A DNA stretch of 64,000 bases from assembly GCA_044229475.1 (NCBI GenBank), contig JBGASW010000002.1:743517-807516 (forward strand). The letters are read 5' to 3'. The position numbers and the translations under genes are program-made. Under the pieces are notes generated by a model. That model was given only the letters and a program-made list of their open reading frames with translations, did not search any database and was not told where the DNA came from. Below are positions 9,681 to 18,575 of this stretch, piece after piece. The DNA is from Thermoanaerobaculia bacterium. GTDB taxonomy: Bacteria > Acidobacteriota > Thermoanaerobaculia > UBA5066. Positions within the stretch are counted from its first letter, which is position 1; each line of letters starts with the position of its first letter.

Positions 9681-9735
9681 GTTCATAAAACAAACCGATT
9701 GTCCGGTTTTGCGGCGGGTGCCGCAGGAGGAAACG

Positions 9736-12519
9736 ATGCCCAGAGGCCGCCGCCCCTTCCTGCTTTCGAAGAATCTTCTTCCTCTCCTTGTTCCGGTCCT
9801 CCTCCTCGCGGCGCCGCGCGTCTCGGCGCAGACGGCCGCCGCGACACTCGAGGTCGTCGCGACGGACGCCGCGGGCGCGCCGGTGCCGGGCGCCAGCGTC
9901 GAGGCGAAGAGCTCCGGCACGGGGCTCACCCGAACCGGCGTCACGGGCGTGACGGGCATCGCGAAGTTCGCCGCGCTGCCCACGGGCACGTACGACGTGA
10001 CCGTGAAGCTGCAGGGATTCGAGACCGTCGCGCAGAAGGGCGTCGTCCTTCGCGTCGGGCAGACGGGACGCGTGAACGTCACGCTCGCCCAGCGGAAGGC
10101 CGCCGAGGTGAGCGTCGTCGCCTCGGCGCCGCTCGTCGACGTTTACAAGATCGACTCCTCGACGAACGTCTCGCCGGAGCAGATCCGGGATCTCCCGACG
10201 CCCGACCGCGACTTCCAGAACCTCGCGTTCATCGCGCCGACCGTCGAGCGCGAGCGCGGCGCCTTCCGGTTCGTGACGGGCGGCCCCGTCATCGGCGGAG
10301 GCGGGAACGCGAGTCAGTCGACGATCCTCGTGGACGGCGTCGACTTCACGGACCCCGCCCTCGGGCTCGCGAAGACGAAGTTCTCGCAGGACGCGATCTC
10401 CGAGTTCCGCGTCATCAGCAACCGTTTCGACGCCGAGGTCGGCGGATCCGCGGGCGGCGCGCTCTCGGTTCTGACGAAGAGCGGCACGAACACGCTCTCG
10501 GGAACCGCCTTCGGCTTCTACCGCGGCCCGAACCTGCGCGCCAGGGGCGCCTTCGAGCAGGACTCCACCGTCGACTACGAGCGCAACCAGTTCGGCGCGA
10601 CCGTCGGCGGCCCGATCGTGAAGGACCGGACGTTCTTCTTCGGCTCGATCGAGCAGGTCAACGCGACGACGCCCACGCTCTTCCGCCCGAAGGGAGCGTT
10701 CACGTCCCAGGCGGCCGACTACAAGGTCCCCATCCACCAGACGCTCGGGTACCTCGGCCTCGACCAGACGCTTTCCGAGAACAACCACCTCATCGCGAAG
10801 CTCGACTACGAGCGCTTCCGCCAGGACAACTTCCGCGTCGGCGGCGTCGCCGCCATTGATTACGGCCAGGAGCTGAACCGCGACAACCTGACGTTCGCCG
10901 TCGGCGACACGTGGAACCTCGGCAACGGCTCCGTGAACGAGGCGCGCGCCCAGTACGGCTCGCGCAAGTACGAGGAACCCACGAACACCGCGAGGATGGC
11001 CGAGTGGTACTCGAGCGGCAACACGCTCCAGACCGGCGGCAACATTCTCGGCAACCTCCTCGGCGACGGCACGCAGTTCGAGTTCCGCGACACGCTTTAC
11101 CTCCATTTCACGGGCGCGGGCTCGCACGACGTGAAGGTCGGCGCGGGCGTCCAGCGCGTGATCGACCGCTCGCGGATCACGACCTACGAGTACGGCCTCA
11201 TGCTCTACCTCACGGACTCGAAGGCCCTCCCGCTCGCGTACGCTTACGGCATCGGCTCGGCCGACGTGAAGGCGAACACGACGCGTCTCGCCGCCTACGT
11301 GCAGGACGACTGGCGCCCCGTCTCGAACCTCACGGTGAGCCTCGGCGTGCGCTACGACTACGACTCGGGCGGCAACAACCCGAACATCTACCAGCCGAAC
11401 CTCGGCCTCGACGGCCGCCCGATCGACACGAACAACTTCCAGCCCCGCCTCGGCATCTCGTGGGACATCACGGGGAAGGGCCAGTACGTCGCCCGCGGCG
11501 GCGTCGGGATGTTCACGGGACGCTACCTCCTCGTCCCGGCGTTCACCGAGATGCAGCAGAACGGCTACACGGGCCGCGTGACCTACACGAACATCAACGG
11601 CGCGCTCCTCGGGTTCCCGGCCTTCGCCCTCGACCCGAACAACCCGCAGAACACGGGCATCAAGTCCAAGCCCGCCGTCACGGTCATCGACAAGACGCTC
11701 GATGCGCCCGAGTCCACGCAGGCGACGCTCGGCTTCACGGCGAAGCTCGGGCAGACGGGCCTCTACGCGGACGTCGAGGGCATCTACATGAAGGGACGCA
11801 AGGAGATCACGGTCACCGACCGCAACTGGAGCGGCAACGCGTCGCACACCCGGCCGAACACGGCGTTCGACCAGATCAACACGTACACGAACGACGGCCG
11901 CTCCGAGTACATGGCCGCCGTGTTCTCCCTGAACGGCAACATCAAGGGCGGGCACGTCGTGACGGCGTCGCTCACGCTCGCGTCCAAGCACAACATCTCC
12001 GACGACTTCAGCCCCGAGTTCCCGACGGGCTACCCGAACGACCCGGCCAATCTGGAGGCCGAGTACGGCCGCGCCCGCTCCTGGGAGCGGTACCGCGTCG
12101 TCATCTCGGGCATCGCGCGGCTGCCGTGGGGCATCAACGTCGCCCCGGTCTTCGAGTACGGCGCCGGCCAGCCGTGGACGCAGCGTCTCGGCTACGACTA
12201 CAACGGTGACGGAAAGAACTCGGACCGCCCGGCGGGCGTCTCGCGCTTCGCCGAGGACGGCCCGGCCTACCGCAACGTGAACATCCGCATCTCGAAGATG
12301 TTCAACGTCAGCGGCATCGGCGTCGAGCTGATCGCCGAGTGCTTCAACCTCTTCAACACGGTCAACTACGACGTGACCTCGATCGACGGCGCCCGGTACC
12401 TGTCGGGACCGACGATCGCGAACCCCAATGCCCCCGCGAACCCGAATCCGAACTACGGCGCGGCCTCCGCGACGCTGTCGCCGCGCGAGGGCCAGATCGG
12501 CCTGAGGGTGTCGTTCTGA
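9736..12519 (+). CDS. TonB-dependent receptor-like outer membrane protein with N-terminal carboxypeptidase-regulatory-like domain
   Basis: RBS AGGAGG then ATG 9736. Signal peptide. N-terminal domain VVATDAAGAPVPGASVEAKSSGTGLTRTGVTGVTGIAKFAALPTGTYDVTVKLQGFE. Long beta-barrel-type sequence ending ...GLRVSF (terminal Phe). Confidence 0.8.
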   Translation: MPRGRRPFLLSKNLLPLLVPVLLLAAPRVSAQTAAATLEVVATDAAGAPVPGASVEAKSSGTGLTRTGVTGVTGIAKFAALPTGTYDVTVKLQGFETVAQKGVVLRVGQTGRVNVTLAQRKAAEVSVVASAPLVDVYKIDSSTNVSPEQIRDLPTPDRDFQNLAFIAPTVERERGAFRFVTGGPVIGGGGNASQSTILVDGVDFTDPALGLAKTKFSQDAISEFRVISNRFDAEVGGSAGGALSVLTKSGTNTLSGTAFGFYRGPNLRARGAFEQDSTVDYERNQFGATVGGPIVKDRTFFFGSIEQVNATTPTLFRPKGAFTSQAADYKVPIHQTLGYLGLDQTLSENNHLIAKLDYERFRQDNFRVGGVAAIDYGQELNRDNLTFAVGDTWNLGNGSVNEARAQYGSRKYEEPTNTARMAEWYSSGNTLQTGGNILGNLLGDGTQFEFRDTLYLHFTGAGSHDVKVGAGVQRVIDRSRITTYEYGLMLYLTDSKALPLAYAYGIGSADVKANTTRLAAYVQDDWRPVSNLTVSLGVRYDYDSGGNNPNIYQPNLGLDGRPIDTNNFQPRLGISWDITGKGQYVARGGVGMFTGRYLLVPAFTEMQQNGYTGRVTYTNINGALLGFPAFALDPNNPQNTGIKSKPAVTVIDKTLDAPESTQATLGFTAKLGQTGLYADVEGIYMKGRKEITVTDRNWSGNASHTRPNTAFDQINTYTNDGRSEYMAAVFSLNGNIKGGHVVTASLTLASKHNISDDFSPEFPTGYPNDPANLEAEYGRARSWERYRVVISGIARLPWGINVAPVFEYGAGQPWTQRLGYDYNGDGKNSDRPAGVSRFAEDGPAYRNVNIRISKMFNVSGIGVELIAECFNLFNTVNYDVTSIDGARYLSGPTIANPNAPANPNPNYGAASATLSPREGQIGLRVSF

Positions 12520-12521
12520 AC

Positions 12522-13286
12522 ATGCGCGTCGCGATCGTGACGGGAGGCGCCGCCGGCATCGGCCGCGCCACGGCCGTGCGGTTCGCCCAGGGCGGCTGCG
12601 CCGTGTCCGCATGGGACGTGGACGAGGCGAAAGCCGCGGCTCTCGTTCCCGAGCTCCAGGCGGCGGGCGCGCCCGCCGCCGAGGCCCGGAAGGTGGACGT
12701 CGCGGATCCTGCGGGCGTCGCGGCGGCCGTCGGAGAGGTCCTCTCTCGCTTCGGGCGGATCGACGTTCTCGTGAACAACGCCGGGATCGTGAAGGACTCC
12801 CAGCTCGTGAAGTGGAAGGACGGCGCCGTCGTCTCGACGATGTCGGACGGCGACTTCGACAAGGTCGTCTCCGTCAACCTCAAGGGCGTCTTCAACTGCA
12901 CGCGCGCCGTGGCCCCGGCGATGATCAGGCAGGGGAGCGGCGTCGTCCTGAACGCGTCGTCCGTCGTGGGCCTCTACGGCAACTTCGGCCAGACGAACTA
13001 CGCCGCGACGAAGGCGGGGGTCATCTCGTTCACCCAGACGTGGGCCCGCGAGCTCGGCAAGTTCGGCATCCGCGTGAACGCGGTCGCGCCGGGTTTCGTC
13101 GCGACGGAGATCATCCGTGCGATGCCCGAGAAGGTCATCTCGGGCATGGTCGCGAAGACTCCCGTCGGCCGGATGGGCAGGCCCGAGGACATCGCCGAGG
13201 CGTATTTCTGGCTCGCGTCGGACGCGGCTGCGTTCGTCCACGGCGCGACGCTCTCCGTGGACGGGGGGCTGGTGCTCGGAACATGA
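12522..13286 (+). CDS. fabG: 3-oxoacyl-ACP reductase (SDR family)
   Basis: MRVAIVTGGAAGIGRA... TGxxxGxG. Catalytic YAATKAG (YxxxK). NNAG motif. Confidence 0.9.
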   Translation: MRVAIVTGGAAGIGRATAVRFAQGGCAVSAWDVDEAKAAALVPELQAAGAPAAEARKVDVADPAGVAAAVGEVLSRFGRIDVLVNNAGIVKDSQLVKWKDGAVVSTMSDGDFDKVVSVNLKGVFNCTRAVAPAMIRQGSGVVLNASSVVGLYGNFGQTNYAATKAGVISFTQTWARELGKFGIRVNAVAPGFVATEIIRAMPEKVISGMVAKTPVGRMGRPEDIAEAYFWLASDAAAFVHGATLSVDGGLVLGT

Positions 13287-14278
13287 GCCGGTCGGCCCGG
13301 ATCGTCTCGACCGGCTCCTACCTGCCGGAGATCGAGGTGTCGAACGATGCGCTCCGGGCGCGCTTCGACGCGGGCACGCCGGAGTTCGTCGACAAGATGG
13401 AGGCCGCGACCGGCATCAAGACCCGCTGGTATGCGCCGCCCGACTGGGCGACGTCCGATCTCGCCGTGCGCGCCGCCCGAAAGGCTCTCGACGCGGCCGG
13501 GAAGACGCCCGCGGACGTCGACCTGATCCTCCTCGGGACGGACTCGCCGGACTTCATCACGCCCGCGACGTCCGTCGTCATCCAGCACAAGCTCGGGGCG
13601 AAGAACGCGGGGACGTTCGACGTCGGCTGCGCGTGCGCCTCGTTCCCGACGTGTCTTGCGACCGCGGCCGGCCTCATCGCGACGAACAAGTCGCTCAAGA
13701 CGGTCGTCGCGATCGGGGCATACATGATGCACAAGCTCACCGACCCGGACGACCCGATGATCTTCTTCTTCGGGGACGGAGCGGGCGCGGCCGTGCTCGA
13801 GCCTTCCGAGACGCCCGGCTTCGTCGCGTCGGGGTTCCGCGCGGACGGGTCGTACAACCGCAACTGGGCGATCCTGTCGGGCGGCACCGACGAGCCGGCC
13901 TCGCTCGAGTCCGTGAAGGCCGGCCGCACGACGGTCAAGCTCGTCGAGCGCTACCCGCCCGAGCTCAACAACGAGGGCTGGCCGAAGCTCGTGCGCCAGA
14001 TGGCCGCGGACGGCGGGTTCGCCGTCTCCGAGATCGACATGCTCATCCTGACGCAGGTCAGGCGGCCGACGATCGAGCTCGTCATGCAGGACCTCGGCCT
14101 GCCGATGGAAAAAACCCACGTCGTGATGGACAAGTGGGGCTACACGGGCTCGGCGAGCGTCGCGATGGCGTTCGACGACGCCCGTGCGCAAGGCAAGGTC
14201 AAGACCGGCGACCTCGTCGTCTTCGTGGCGTCCGGCGTCGGCTACAACATGGCGGGCGCCGCCTTCCGCATGGTCTAG
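13283..14278 (+). CDS. KASIII (FabH)-like protein with degenerate catalytic triad (Cys retained, His->Thr, Asn->Tyr)
   Basis: ATG overlaps fabG stop (ATGA). FabH-like along its length (GSYLPE..., FDVGCACASF active-site Cys, FGDGAGAAVL). In place of HQAN and GNTSAAS it has LTQVRR and GYTGSAS. Confidence 0.8.
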   Translation: MSRSARIVSTGSYLPEIEVSNDALRARFDAGTPEFVDKMEAATGIKTRWYAPPDWATSDLAVRAARKALDAAGKTPADVDLILLGTDSPDFITPATSVVIQHKLGAKNAGTFDVGCACASFPTCLATAAGLIATNKSLKTVVAIGAYMMHKLTDPDDPMIFFFGDGAGAAVLEPSETPGFVASGFRADGSYNRNWAILSGGTDEPASLESVKAGRTTVKLVERYPPELNNEGWPKLVRQMAADGGFAVSEIDMLILTQVRRPTIELVMQDLGLPMEKTHVVMDKWGYTGSASVAMAFDDARAQGKVKTGDLVVFVASGVGYNMAGAAFRMV

Positions 14279-14291
14279 TCTGCGAGGCACC

Positions 14292-15263
14292 GTGCCGCGC
14301 GCCGCGAAGGTCCTCCTTGCCCTCGTCGCCGTCCTCCTCGTCCTCGGGGCGGCCGCGGGAGTGGTCTTCTGGAAGAGGCCCCTCGCGACGCTCGCGTGGA
14401 TCGGCCGCCGGCGCCTCCGGGCGTCCGGCTTCGAGAAGCACGTCCGGCCTTCCGCGGCCGGGCCGCAGGTCGTGTTCTCCGGCGGCGGCGGAGCGCCCGT
14501 CGTTCTCGTCCACGGCGCCGGAGACCAGGCCGGCGGCTGGTCGAAGGTGGCTCCGCGCCTCGCGAGGAGCTTCTCGGTCGTGGCCGTGGACCTCGCCGGG
14601 CACGGCGAAAGCGCGCCGGAGAGGGGTCCGCTGCCGTTCGCGACGCTCCTCGCCGGATTCGACGGCGCCATGGGGACGCTCCCGCAGGGGAAAGTCACTC
14701 TCGTCGGGAACTCCCTCGGTGCGTGGATTGCGACGGTCTGGGCGACGCGGCATCCCGACCGGGTGAGTCACCTGGTGCTCGTGAACGGCGGGCCGCTCCT
14801 CGGCGACCGCCCGGACCTCACGCTCCAGCCGAAGACGCGCGCGGAGGCGGACCGGACTCTCGCGGCTCTGCGCGACCCGTCGGCCCCGCTGGTCCCGGAC
14901 TTCGTGGTCGACGACGTCATCCGCGAGGCCGCCACGGGGCCGATCGCGCGGATCGCCGCGGAGGCGAAGGGCATGTCCGCGTACCTGCTCGACGGCAAGC
15001 TCTCGGGGCTCGACGTCCCGGTGGACCTCCTCTGGGGGGCGTCGGACAAGCTGCTGTCGGTCGACTACGCGAAGCGCCTCGCCGGCCAGCTCCCGGCCGC
15101 GCGTCTGACGACGATCGAGCGCTGCGGTCACGTGCCCGCCGTCGAGTGCCCCGACCGCTTCACGGAGGCGCTCCTGAAGATCCTCAAGGACCCTCTGCCC
15201 GAACCGACCGTCTCCTCGCCGCCGGTCGCCGCGCCCGCCGCCGCGGCGGCGCCGAAGCCGTGA
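14292..15263 (+). CDS. Alpha/beta-hydrolase fold protein (membrane-anchored)
   Basis: GTG start. N-terminal TM helix. VLVHGAGDQAGGW and nucleophile elbow GNSLGAW. C-terminal His region. Confidence 0.8.
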   Translation: MPRAAKVLLALVAVLLVLGAAAGVVFWKRPLATLAWIGRRRLRASGFEKHVRPSAAGPQVVFSGGGGAPVVLVHGAGDQAGGWSKVAPRLARSFSVVAVDLAGHGESAPERGPLPFATLLAGFDGAMGTLPQGKVTLVGNSLGAWIATVWATRHPDRVSHLVLVNGGPLLGDRPDLTLQPKTRAEADRTLAALRDPSAPLVPDFVVDDVIREAATGPIARIAAEAKGMSAYLLDGKLSGLDVPVDLLWGASDKLLSVDYAKRLAGQLPAARLTTIERCGHVPAVECPDRFTEALLKILKDPLPEPTVSSPPVAAPAAAAAPKP

Positions 15264-16891
15264 TCTCCGGCGACGTCCTCGGGGAGCGCGCGCGGCTGTC
15301 GCCGGAGAAGACCGCGCTCGTCGAGGTCGCGACGGGACGGCGCTTCACCTATGCGGAGCTGGATGCGCGCGCGAGAGGCGCGGCACGGACGCTGACCGAG
15401 GGGCTCGGCCTGAAAAAGGGCGACCGCATGGCCCTCCTCGCGGGCAATTGCGTGGAGTTCCTCGACGTCTTCTTCGCGTGCGGGAAGAACGGCGTCGTCC
15501 TCGTCCCGCTCAACACGCGCCAGACGGCGGGAGAGCTGATTGGCGTCCTCGAGGACGCAGAGCCGAAAGCGCTGATCTATGGAGCCGCGTTCGAAGAGAC
15601 CGTTGAAGATTTGCTTAGAAAGGTAAGAGGGGTAACCCCGGTTCTTCTCGACGCGCCGGCGCAGCGTGGCGCGAGGGCGGCGGGCGCGCCGAACGCCCGC
15701 ACCACCTTCAAGGAAATCTTCTCTTCTCCTCCAGCGGCGGCTCCTGCCGCCGCTGCAGAAGTCCCCTCTCCCGGCCCGGAAGATCTCTACTGCCTCCTCT
15801 ACACCTCCGGCACCACGGGCAAGCCGAAGGGCGTGATGGTGCCGCACCGGATGGTCGCGTGGAACGCGGTGAACACCGTCGTGTCGTGGCAGCTGCGCGA
15901 GGACGACGTGTCGCCGATCTACACGCCGCTGTACCACGCGGGCGGCCTCGGCGCGTTCCTGACGCCGGTCTTCGCGATCGGCGGGACGATCGTCCTCCAC
16001 GCCGGCTTCGACGCCGCGGAGGTCCTCGCGACGATCGGGAAGGAGCGCTGCACGGTGGTCCTCGGCGTGCCGACGATCTTCCGGATGCTCCAGGAGCACC
16101 CGTCGTGGGCGTCGGCCGACTTCTCCTCGGTCCGCTACTTCATCAGCGGTGGTGCGCCGCTGCCGCTCGACATCATCGAGACGTGGCACCGGCGCGGCGC
16201 GAACTTCAAGCAGGGCTACGGCCTCACCGAAGTCGGCGTGAACTGCTTCGCGATGAGCGTCGAGGAGTCCGTGCGGAAGGCCGGCTCGATCGGCAGGCCG
16301 ATGATGTTCACGGAGGCGAAGCTGACCGGCGAGGACGGGCGGGAGGTCCCGGTGGGCGAGGTCGGCGAGCTCCTCCTCAGGGGCCCGCACGTCTGCCGGG
16401 GCTACTTCCGGAATCCCGAGGCGACGGCGGCGTCGCTCGATGCCGAGGGCTGGTTCCACACGGGCGACCTCGCGAAGAAGGACGAGGACGGGTTCTTCAC
16501 GATCGCGGGCCGCAAGAAGGACATGCTGATCTCGGGCGGCGTGAACGTGTACCCGGCCGAGATCGAGGGTGTCCTCTTCCAGCATCCGCGGGTGAAGGAC
16601 GTCGCGGTCGTCGGCGTGCCCGACGAGAAGTGGGGCGAGGTCGGCGTGGCCTTCGTCGTTCGGAGGGAAGAAGGGAGAGAGGAGAAGGGAGAAGAGAAGA
16701 TTTCTTTGAAGGTAATAGGAGAGATGGCCGAACTGGCGGCCTTTGTCGAGGCGCGCCTCGCGAAGTACAAGGTTCCCCGGGAGTTCATCTTCGTCGCGAG
16801 CCTGCCCCGGACCCCCTATGGGAAAGTCGTGAAGGGTGACCTCCGCTCTCTTTACCTTTCAAAGAAATCTTCAACGAATGAAGCCCGATGA
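15260..16891 (+). CDS. Acyl-CoA synthetase / fatty-acyl-AMP ligase (AMP-binding family)
   Basis: GTG overlaps upstream stop (GTGA). AMP-binding motif YTSGTTGKPKGV, plus YGLTE and the C-terminal KYKVPREFIFVASLPRTPYGKV. Confidence 0.9.
   Translation: MISGDVLGERARLSPEKTALVEVATGRRFTYAELDARARGAARTLTEGLGLKKGDRMALLAGNCVEFLDVFFACGKNGVVLVPLNTRQTAGELIGVLEDAEPKALIYGAAFEETVEDLLRKVRGVTPVLLDAPAQRGARAAGAPNARTTFKEIFSSPPAAAPAAAAEVPSPGPEDLYCLLYTSGTTGKPKGVMVPHRMVAWNAVNTVVSWQLREDDVSPIYTPLYHAGGLGAFLTPVFAIGGTIVLHAGFDAAEVLATIGKERCTVVLGVPTIFRMLQEHPSWASADFSSVRYFISGGAPLPLDIIETWHRRGANFKQGYGLTEVGVNCFAMSVEESVRKAGSIGRPMMFTEAKLTGEDGREVPVGEVGELLLRGPHVCRGYFRNPEATAASLDAEGWFHTGDLAKKDEDGFFTIAGRKKDMLISGGVNVYPAEIEGVLFQHPRVKDVAVVGVPDEKWGEVGVAFVVRREEGREEKGEEKISLKVIGEMAELAAFVEARLAKYKVPREFIFVASLPRTPYGKVVKGDLRSLYLSKKSSTNEAR
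15605..15721. repeat. Convergent motif pair in acyl-CoA synthetase N-terminus (GAAGATTTGCTTAGAAAGG 15605-15623; CCTTCAAGGAAATCTTC 15705-15721)
   Basis: 17/19-nt near-reverse-complementary. Encodes DLLRKV and TFKEIFSS. Confidence 0.65.
16696..16882. repeat. Convergent motif pair at acyl-CoA synthetase C-terminus (GAAGATTTCTTTGAAGGTA 16696-16714; CCTTTCAAAGAAATCTTC 16865-16882), near-perfect 18-nt inverted repeat
   Basis: Arms differ by one inserted base. Encodes EKISLKVIGE and an unusual C-terminal tail LYLSKKSSTNEAR. Confidence 0.7.
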
Positions 16892-17712
16892 GCATGAGCC
16901 AGCCGCTCTTGACACATCGGGTGGACGGCGAGGGCCCCCCTCTCTTGCTCCTCAACGGCGGGATGATGTCGCTCTCGGCGTGGGAGCCGATCGCGCGGCG
17001 CTTCGCCGAGCGGCACCGCGTCATCCGCTGCGACTTCCGGGGCCAGCTCCTCTCGCCGGGCCCTCCGCGCGCGTCCATGGAAGAGCACGCGGACGACGTC
17101 GCGGCGCTCCTCGAATCCCTTTCGGTCGGACCCGTCGACGTGGTGTGCGCGTCGTACGGCGCATACGCGGGGCTCCTTCTCGCGGCGCGCCGCCCCGAAC
17201 GCGTCCGGTCGGTCGTCGCCGCGACGGTGACCGACGTCGCGAGGGAAGGAGACGCCGCGCTCGGCGAGGCCGGCGCTCGCCTGGCGGCGGCGGTTCGCGC
17301 CGCGGCTCGAGGAGGCGACCGGACGGAGGCCTACGACGCGATCGTGGAGCTCGCGTACACCCCCGAGTGGCGCGTCGCCCACGCGGACGAGCTCGCGGCG
17401 CGCCGCGGCCAGGTCGGCCTCCTGCCCGAGACGTGGTTCACGGGACTGGAGGGTCTCCTAGCGGCACTCGACAAGGTCGATCTGAGGCCGGCCCTCGGGA
17501 GGATCTCCTGTCCGGTTCTCGTCGTCGCCGCGGAACGCGACGCCGCGATGCCGCGCGAACGGACGAAAGCCGTGGCGGACGGAATCCCGGTCGCGCATTT
17601 CGTCGTCGTGCCCGGCGCGGGCCATGCTCTCGTCGTCGAACGCGAGGACGAGTTCGTCCTCCTCGTGGAGCGGTTCCTCGCGCGCGTGCACCGCTCCGGA
17701 GGAGCGGCGTGA
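16888..17712 (+). CDS. Alpha/beta-hydrolase fold protein
   Basis: ATGA overlap with the ligase gene. LLLLNGGMMS, VCASYGAYAG elbow, C-terminal PGAGHALVVE. Confidence 0.8.
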   Translation: MSMSQPLLTHRVDGEGPPLLLLNGGMMSLSAWEPIARRFAERHRVIRCDFRGQLLSPGPPRASMEEHADDVAALLESLSVGPVDVVCASYGAYAGLLLAARRPERVRSVVAATVTDVAREGDAALGEAGARLAAAVRAAARGGDRTEAYDAIVELAYTPEWRVAHADELAARRGQVGLLPETWFTGLEGLLAALDKVDLRPALGRISCPVLVVAAERDAAMPRERTKAVADGIPVAHFVVVPGAGHALVVEREDEFVLLVERFLARVHRSGGAA

Positions 17713-18575
17713 GCGCGGCCCCCCCCCCAGCGCCTCTCCGCGAGGGCCGGCTCGTCCACGGCGGGCACGGCTACCACTGGGAGCTCTACGGGGCCGGCGG
17801 CCGCGAGACCGTCTGCCTCTTCAACGGGCTCGCGATGTCCACGAAGAGCTGGCTGTCCTTCCTGCCCGAGCTGACGGGGGAGCGCGACGTCCTCCTGTAC
17901 GACTACCTCGGGCAGGGCGCGTCGGACGACGCGGAGCTGCCGGGCGCGCCGATCTCGTCCTTCGGAGACGCGCTCGCGGCGATCCTGGACGCCGAGGGGA
18001 TCTCCCGGATCCACGCGATCGGTGTTTCTTACGGCGGGTTCGTCGCCGCGGAGTTCGCGCGGCGCCACCCGGCGCGCGCGGCGTCGTTGACGCTCTCCGG
18101 CATCCTCCTGACGCAGGAGACGCTCTTCGCGATGTACCAGGACGTCTCCCTGCGGTTCTACGCGGGCGGGCCGCCCCTCTTCGACCTCTACACCCGGTAC
18201 CTCTACGAGAAGATCTTCGCGGAGGCGTTCGTCGCGCGCGCCGGACCGAAGCTCGAGTCCATGCGCCAGGGCTTCCACGACCGGTACGCGGGGCGCATCG
18301 ACGCGCTCGTGCGGCTCACGAAGGCGCAGGACCCGTTCTTCGCCGCGCTCGGGGAGAACGCGGAGTCCTACGCGGCCATCCCGTGCCGGGTCCTCGTCCT
18401 CGCGGGCGCCGAGGACCGTGCGATTCCGCCGCCCCAACAGCGGAGAATCCCGACCGTGATCCCGCATGCCGTCTACGAGGAGATTCCGGGCGCCGGGCAC
18501 GTCGTGTACCTCGAGAAGCCCGAGGTGTTCTGGCCGCGCGTGCGGCGGTTCCTGACGGGGACCGAGGCGGTCTAG
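17709..18575 (+). CDS. Alpha/beta-hydrolase fold protein. A C10 tract lies 8 nt after the start codon
   Basis: GTG overlaps upstream stop (GTGA). VCLFNGLAMS, GVSYGGFVAA elbow, PGAGHVVYLE. Confidence 0.75.
   Translation: MSAAPPPAPLREGRLVHGGHGYHWELYGAGGRETVCLFNGLAMSTKSWLSFLPELTGERDVLLYDYLGQGASDDAELPGAPISSFGDALAAILDAEGISRIHAIGVSYGGFVAAEFARRHPARAASLTLSGILLTQETLFAMYQDVSLRFYAGGPPLFDLYTRYLYEKIFAEAFVARAGPKLESMRQGFHDRYAGRIDALVRLTKAQDPFFAALGENAESYAAIPCRVLVLAGAEDRAIPPPQQRRIPTVIPHAVYEEIPGAGHVVYLEKPEVFWPRVRRFLTGTEAV
17719..17728 (+). repeat. Homopolymeric C10 tract inside the 5' end of a hydrolase CDS (potential slipped-strand phase-variation site)
   Basis: gcc ccc ccc cca read as AAPPPAP. A +/-1 change would frameshift the gene. 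Confidence 0.6.

Noticed and set aside
9562-12612. 1016-aa minus-strand ORF
   Set aside because: Antisense shadow of the TonB-dependent receptor gene
18181-18200. Possible extra motif copy gagaagatcttcgcggagg in the third hydrolase gene
   Set aside because: Match to the family consensus is weak and there is no partner copy. Could be ordinary coding sequence for EKIFAE
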